A stretch of DNA of 64,000 bases from an uncultured Alphaproteobacteria bacterium (GTDB lineage: Bacteria > Pseudomonadota > Alphaproteobacteria > HIMB59). Below, piece by piece: positions 58,882 through 64,000 of the stretch. The stretch spans positions 2,067 to 66,066 of the forward strand of contig CABXVZ010000002.1 in assembly GCA_902515765.1 (NCBI GenBank). Reading direction: 5' to 3'. The notes under the pieces were generated by a model. That model was given only the letters and a program-made list of their open reading frames with translations, ran no database searches and was not told the origin of the DNA. The position numbers were made by a program, and so were the translations under genes. How positions within the stretch are numbered: position 1 is the first letter of the stretch; each line of letters opens with the position of its first letter.

Positions 58882-60248
58882 CAAAAAATTTTGATATTAA
58901 AATCTCATTTACCATTATGGCATTGTTAATAGCTCTTGTAGGTATATTTCAATCTTGGGGAGTTGCTCTCTCTATATTGAATCTATGTTTAATTTCAGCT
59001 GTAATGTCAATGGGAGTCAACATTCAATGGGGATTTGCGGGTCTTATTAATTTTGGTGTCATGGGTTTTCTTGCTATTGGTGGATTAGCTACTGTCTTAG
59101 TTTCTGTTCCTCCAGTGTATGATGCATGGGCAGTTGGTGGTGTAGGTATTTTAATCTCGGGGTTATTTTTAGTTTCAGTTATAGTAACTATATATTTAAT
59201 AAATTTAAAGATACCTAAATTTAAATATAAAAATCATATTATATTTTTAATTATAATTCTCTCTATACCCCTTCTAAAATTTATATCTGGACCTGCGATT
59301 GGAAGAATTGAATCTATTAATGCAGCAACGTCAGGTTTCTTAGGCGGCGCCAATTTACCAATTATCTTATCATGGTTTATTGGTGGTATTCTATCTGCTT
59401 TAGTTGCATTTATTATTGGAAAAATTTGTTTAGGCCTAAGGTCAGATTATTTAGCTATATCCACATTATTAATTTCAGGCATAGTCATAACTATTGTTAA
59501 ACACGAAGAATGGCTATCACGGGGTGTAAAAAATGTCATAGGCTTAAAAAGACCGGCGCCTTATGAAACTAATTTACAAAAAACTGAATGGTTTATTAAC
59601 TCTATTGAGTTTTTCAATACTTCAAAACTATCAAATATTATAGATCTTGAAGCTAGAGCCTCATTGCTCAATCAATTAGTAATAACATCTTCTGGAATTT
59701 TTGTTAAATTGTGCTTCTCTGCTATTTTTCTAATTGTAGTTTTGGTCTTGCTCTACTTATCTGAAAAAGCACTTAATTCACCTTGGGGTAGAATGATGAG
59801 AGCTATAAGAGACAATGAAGACGCTGCTAAGGCTATGGGAAAGAATGTTGTAAAACAACATCTATTTATATTTATGCTTGGATCTGCAATTATTGGTTTT
59901 GCAGGTGCAATGTTAGTTACTTATGATGGTTTATTTACTCCCTCTAGTTATCAACCTCTTCGATATACTTTTTTAATATGGGTAATGGTATTATTAGGGG
60001 GAACAGGTAATAATTATGGTGCTATTTTAGGTGGATTTGTAGTTTGGTTTATTTGGATACAGTCAGCGCCTTTTGCATTGTTTATAATAAATATATTAAC
60101 AAATCATCTTGATGAGACTAGCCACTTTAAAGAGCATCTCAGAAACAGTGTTCCTTATTTTAGATATTTAATGATGGGATTGGGATTACTCTTAGTTATG
60201 AGGTATCGCCCTATGGGATTATTGCCTGAAAAGGTAATTAAAAATTAA
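58878..60248 (+). CDS. ABC transporter permease (LivM-like)
   Basis: GLINFG, LRSDYLAI, SPWGRMMRAIRDNE, RPMGLL. Confidence 0.92.
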   Translation: MTKNFDIKISFTIMALLIALVGIFQSWGVALSILNLCLISAVMSMGVNIQWGFAGLINFGVMGFLAIGGLATVLVSVPPVYDAWAVGGVGILISGLFLVSVIVTIYLINLKIPKFKYKNHIIFLIIILSIPLLKFISGPAIGRIESINAATSGFLGGANLPIILSWFIGGILSALVAFIIGKICLGLRSDYLAISTLLISGIVITIVKHEEWLSRGVKNVIGLKRPAPYETNLQKTEWFINSIEFFNTSKLSNIIDLEARASLLNQLVITSSGIFVKLCFSAIFLIVVLVLLYLSEKALNSPWGRMMRAIRDNEDAAKAMGKNVVKQHLFIFMLGSAIIGFAGAMLVTYDGLFTPSSYQPLRYTFLIWVMVLLGGTGNNYGAILGGFVVWFIWIQSAPFALFIINILTNHLDETSHFKEHLRNSVPYFRYLMMGLGLLLVMRYRPMGLLPEKVIKN

Positions 60249-60280
60249 AAAAAAGCCCCACTAAAACATTAGAGGGGCTT
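60247..60280 (-). terminator. intrinsic terminator between convergent permease and binding-protein genes
   Basis: AAGCCCC (60253-60259) ... GGGGCTT (60274-60280) stem; the preceding A-run gives a U-tract on the minus strand. Confidence 0.8.
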
Positions 60281-60293
60281 AAATATAAATTAA

Positions 60294-61466
60294 TTATCTT
60301 TGTGCAACGTCAACAAAAGCACCACCCTCGATGCCTTTTTCTAAAAATGCACCAAATGCCTCACCAACTTCTGTGAAGTTAACATCAGTAGCACCATCAT
60401 AGTCAATAGCAAAACCAGCACTCGCTAGTTCAATACCTTTTGCTAGTTCACCTGCATAAATCTTAGTACCAGGACCATTTGCAACACTCATGATATTTGC
60501 AGCGATAGAAGCACTATCATCTGAATTACCAAGTGCCATAGCTAGAACTATTAAAGCAGCAGCGTCATAAGACTCTCCAACATAAACAGATGGGTCTACT
60601 CCATTAGCTTCAGCATATGCTTTAAATTTTTGTGCTCCTGCACCTAAAGAACCCGGCATTGAACCAAAAGATCCATCTAAATCTGAGCCAAATGTATCAG
60701 TTAAAGATGAACCAATCATACCATCAGACAACACAAAAGTGTCATAAGCTCCACTATCTAAAGATCCTTGGATAATTTGGTTTCCACCCTGATCTAGGTA
60801 TCCGATAACAACTAATGCTTCGCCGCCAGCAGAAGAAAGAACTCCAACTTCAGCACTATAGTCTGCTTTATCAGCTTCATGGGCTGTTTTGACAGTAACT
60901 TCGATACCTCTTGCTTCAGCTGCAGCTTCATATACATCAGCTAAACCAACACCGTAGTCAGTGTTAACGTATGTAATTGCAACGCTGGAAATACCTCTAC
61001 TTGAAGTAATGTCAGCTAAAACTTCACCACCTCTAGCATCAGATGGAGCTGTTCTAAAAAACAATCCATTATCTGGAGCGGTCGTTAGACCAGGTGAAGT
61101 TGCTGAGGGTGAGATCATTGGAACGCCATTAGGAACAGCTACGTTTGATAGTACTGCCCCTGTTACACCAGAACAGTCTGCACCCATAATTGCAGTTACG
61201 CCTTGACTTATTAAGCTCTCAGCAGCTGATGTAGCCGCAGCAGAGTCAACACAGGTTGAGTCAACTTTAATAATATTAATTGATTGACCGTTAAGTAATT
61301 TACCTGAGTCTGCAGCTTCATTAAATGCTAATTCTGCACCAGCTGACATTCCAGGTGTCAAAGTTTCGATAGGCCCTGTGAAGCCTAAAATAATGCCAAC
61401 ATTTACTTTTGCATGAGATAAGTTAAAAGCAAAAATTGTTAGCAGAGTTGCGATGATTTTAATCAT
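60294..61466 (-). CDS. ABC transporter substrate-binding protein (LivJ/K family)
   Basis: Signal peptide, GFTGP, GADCSG, ISPSATSP, FFRTAPSD; GGAGG RBS. Confidence 0.93.
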   Translation of the reverse strand: MIKIIATLLTIFAFNLSHAKVNVGIILGFTGPIETLTPGMSAGAELAFNEAADSGKLLNGQSINIIKVDSTCVDSAAATSAAESLISQGVTAIMGADCSGVTGAVLSNVAVPNGVPMISPSATSPGLTTAPDNGLFFRTAPSDARGGEVLADITSSRGISSVAITYVNTDYGVGLADVYEAAAEARGIEVTVKTAHEADKADYSAEVGVLSSAGGEALVVIGYLDQGGNQIIQGSLDSGAYDTFVLSDGMIGSSLTDTFGSDLDGSFGSMPGSLGAGAQKFKAYAEANGVDPSVYVGESYDAAALIVLAMALGNSDDSASIAANIMSVANGPGTKIYAGELAKGIELASAGFAIDYDGATDVNFTEVGEAFGAFLEKGIEGGAFVDVAQR

Positions 61467-61540
61467 ACTTGCCTCCTAAATAAATATAAGTAACTTTATC
61501 TTATATAGGTAAAATATTAAAATTTAAATAGTTTTAGAAG

Positions 61541-61849
61541 TTAATGAGTCCATGATGTTTTTCTGTCACTTGAGAAGTTACTGGCGTAATTCTTGGGTTT
61601 TATCTTCTTAAATGATTGGTCATCAACCCTATACTCATATGAGTTATTTTGACACCAAGAGATAGCATCTTCAAGACTATCAAATTGAAGTCTTAATTGT
61701 TTAGTTGTATTTTTAGAGCTATTCCATCCCATCAAAACATCTTTTTGAAGGCTATCATCAAACTCAAATTCTATTAGCCAAGTTTTTGTTTTTTTATATC
61801 CAGACTGCATATTTGTTTTACTAGGCTTTTTAATTAGTGCTCTCTTCAT
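61541..61849 (-). CDS. complex I accessory subunit, NDUFS4-like
   Basis: KTNMQSG, W-x3-F, LMGWNSS, KPKNYASNF. Confidence 0.88.
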   Translation of the reverse strand: MKRALIKKPSKTNMQSGYKKTKTWLIEFEFDDSLQKDVLMGWNSSKNTTKQLRLQFDSLEDAISWCQNNSYEYRVDDQSFKKIKPKNYASNFSSDRKTSWTH

Positions 61850-61918
61850 AAATATACAATACCTTTAAATAAAAATTATTGAATAACATTATATGCGTTA
61901 TAATGTGCTTTTAAAAAT

Positions 61919-62617
61919 ATGCCAAAATTACAATTAATATACTTTAATCTAAGAGCTTTATGCGAAGCTCCTAGAATGATGATGCATAGAGCTGGTTTAG
62001 AATACTCATATGAAATGGCTTGGGATTATTATAAAAAACCTTGGTCTGAAGTTAAACAAGATATAATTTTTCAACGTCTGCCACTTCTAGTTGTAGATAA
62101 TCAAATAGAGATATGGCAGAGTAATGCAATCTCGAGGTATATTGCCAAAATTACCAACAACATACCTGATAATAAGGAAATGGCTGCTTATGCTGATTCA
62201 ATATTCGAGTCTGCTCATGATTTATTTTTTCCTTTGAATCCAACTATTAATGTATTTGTGGGTGAAAATTATTTAAGTCAAAAAAAAAATTTAATAGATG
62301 ACATTTTACCAAAGGCCTTTAGTAATTTTGAAAAGCTACTTCAAAAGTATGAAGGTAATTTTTTCTTAGGCGATCAAGTATTCTATTGTGACTTTAATGT
62401 TTATCATCATCTCTCACTTTCTCTATTACTTGAAAAGACAGTTTTAGACAATTTCCCAAAATTAAAAAAATTTATGATCCATTTTGAAGCTTTGGAGGGA
62501 ATCAAAAGTTATTTGGACTCTAGAGCAGAATTAGTGGACATAGGCACTTGGCCAAAAGTCATCATTGATGGTAAAGAGTATACATCTGGTACTAACCCTT
62601 ATTATAAATATTTGTAG
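61919..62617 (+). CDS. glutathione S-transferase (sigma-like)
   Basis: LIYFNLRALCEAPR, FQRLPLL, QSNAISRY. Confidence 0.88.
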   Translation: MPKLQLIYFNLRALCEAPRMMMHRAGLEYSYEMAWDYYKKPWSEVKQDIIFQRLPLLVVDNQIEIWQSNAISRYIAKITNNIPDNKEMAAYADSIFESAHDLFFPLNPTINVFVGENYLSQKKNLIDDILPKAFSNFEKLLQKYEGNFFLGDQVFYCDFNVYHHLSLSLLLEKTVLDNFPKLKKFMIHFEALEGIKSYLDSRAELVDIGTWPKVIIDGKEYTSGTNPYYKYL

Positions 62618-62626
62618 ATTAAAAAT

Positions 62627-62703
62627 TGGTCGGGGAGACAGGACTCGAACCTGCGACTTTCTGCTCCCAAAGCAGACACTCTACCAGACTGAGCTACTCC
62701 CCG
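62627..62703 (-). tRNA. tRNA-Pro(TGG)
   Basis: Minus strand CGGGGAGTAGCTCAGTCTGGTAGAGTGTCTGCTTTGGGAGCAGAAAGTCGCAGGTTCGAGTCCTGTCTCCCCGACCA, 77 nt. Confidence 0.97.
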
Positions 62704-62756
62704 AGTATTGAATATATATACTTTTGTCTTATAAATAGTCAAACGGAAATATTTTT

Positions 62757-63332
62757 ATGCAACTCATTAAACAACTAAAAAAAATACAATTATCTAAAAG
62801 TTTTTTTCCCTTTTGGAAATATCAGTTTCTTGTCAAAAGCTTTAATAAAAGAATTAAGCCTTACAAGATCTATAGAGAAATATTAAATGTTGGTGATGTA
62901 GTTTTTGCCTTGTGCTACTCCCCTGAAGAAAAAAAATTTTATTTAATAAAACAATTTAGACCCTTTTATTTTGTAAGAAAGAAGCCTCTTAAATTTGAAA
63001 TTGTTGGAGGATTAGTTGATAAAGGTGAAACTATCAAAAATGCCCTAAAAAGAGAAATTATGGAAGAAATTGGTGTTAAGACACAAAGTTTAAGAAAGCT
63101 TACAACTTACTGTCCTGTTCCAGGATATTCTGATGAAATAGTTCATGTATACTTTGCTGAAGTTGATAAAATTAAAAAAAATAATCTCTACAATAAATAT
63201 GAAAACGAAGAAATTAAAATCTTTAAGCTTAGCTTAAACCAACTTAAAAAAATAAATGATAGTAAAACTATTCAAAATGTTTTGACGAAGATTTCTATTT
63301 ATGAATATTTAAAAAAAATTAAAAAGAATTAA
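62757..63332 (+). CDS. NUDIX hydrolase (ADP-ribose pyrophosphatase-like)
   Basis: QFRP, GLVDKGETIKNALKREIMEEIG Nudix box, PGYSDE. Confidence 0.88.
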   Translation: MQLIKQLKKIQLSKSFFPFWKYQFLVKSFNKRIKPYKIYREILNVGDVVFALCYSPEEKKFYLIKQFRPFYFVRKKPLKFEIVGGLVDKGETIKNALKREIMEEIGVKTQSLRKLTTYCPVPGYSDEIVHVYFAEVDKIKKNNLYNKYENEEIKIFKLSLNQLKKINDSKTIQNVLTKISIYEYLKKIKKN

Positions 63333-64000
63333 CGTTATTTACAATTTTATTATCTTTTAAATAATCAGATACTTGGTTAGCGACATCAATGGCAACATTT
63401 ACTTGTGCCTCTTTGGAAGAAGCACCTAAATGTGGAGTTAATAAAAGATTTTTTACGCCAAACATGACATTTTCAGTAGCTGGTTCTTTTTCATAAACAT
63501 CAATCGCAGCACCTGCAATAACATCATTATTCAAACAGTCTTTTAAATCAATCTCATTAATTAAACCACCTCTAGCACAATTGATAATTACAGCTGAAGT
63601 TTTCATTGAAGATATTGAATTTTTATTAAGCATGTTTTTGGTTTTATCATTTAATTTTGTATGAAGTGTAAGCACATCACTATCTTTTAGTAACTGTTCA
63701 GTCGTGACCTTAGAGGCGTTAAATTTTGCCAAATCTTCATCGTTAGCAGATTTAGAGTTTGTAATAACATTCATCCCTATTACTTTACATATTTCGGCAA
63801 CTCTCTGACCTATATTGCCAAAACCAACAATACCCAAAGTTTTGTCCTTTAGTTCAGTGCCCATATATTTAGACTTCTCCCATTTACCCTCGTGAGTAGA
63901 TTTATTAGCTAGATGAATATGTCTATAAAGAGAAAAAATTAAGCCAATAGTTAACTCGGCAGTGGCTTCAAGGTTACCTAAGGGAGTATTCATAACTAGA
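63319..64000 (-). CDS. serA: D-3-phosphoglycerate dehydrogenase-like protein (5'-truncated by window edge)
   Basis: NTPLGN, TAE, GFGNIG, INCARGG, DVYEKEP, TPHLGASSKEAQ. Confidence 0.75.
   Translation of the reverse strand, partial: LVMNTPLGNLEATAELTIGLIFSLYRHIHLANKSTHEGKWEKSKYMGTELKDKTLGIVGFGNIGQRVAEICKVIGMNVITNSKSANDEDLAKFNASKVTTEQLLKDSDVLTLHTKLNDKTKNMLNKNSISSMKTSAVIINCARGGLINEIDLKDCLNNDVIAGAAIDVYEKEPATENVMFGVKNLLLTPHLGASSKEAQVNVAIDVANQVSDYLKDNKIVNNVNSF

Noticed and set aside
25-61206. Other short nested ORFs in the track (25-288, 7607, 8129, 12136, 12520, 13469, 19905, 20164, 31263, 32183, 37424, 38119, 40295, 40417, 49026, 49815, 53710, 55718, 56371, 57201, 57579, 60961)
   Set aside because: They overlap well-supported genes antisense or out of frame and have no recognisable motifs.
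61850-62703. Island at tRNA-Pro containing the GST gene
   Set aside because: No att-like duplication or mobility gene seen.

Overview
A 64-kb, gene-dense, AT-rich chromosomal segment. Gene content and order (recG/sdhE/mfd; mltB-rlpA-dac-tmk-holB-metG-tatD; typA; guaAB; NDUFS4-like gene) suggest a streamlined marine alphaproteobacterium of the SAR11/HIMB59 type (inference). It has about 65 CDS, three tRNAs (Ser-TGA, Arg-TCT, Pro-TGG), no rRNA and no CRISPR. Three regions stand out. (1) A 2,017-bp integrase-less element in tRNA-Ser, bounded by a perfect 44-bp direct repeat of the tRNA 5' half. It has a 3x11-bp palindromic array inside each end, an excisionase-like wHTH gene, a nuclease with four zinc-binding repeats, and a look-alike tRNA promoter. 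(2) A translationally coupled operon in which a DUF1611-like P-loop protein precedes argC-argB, where argA/argJ would be expected; it is a candidate new N-acetylglutamate-forming enzyme. (3) A glucosylglycerate synthesis/turnover operon starting 10 bp after tRNA-Arg. All product calls come from recognising motifs by eye; no database searches were run.
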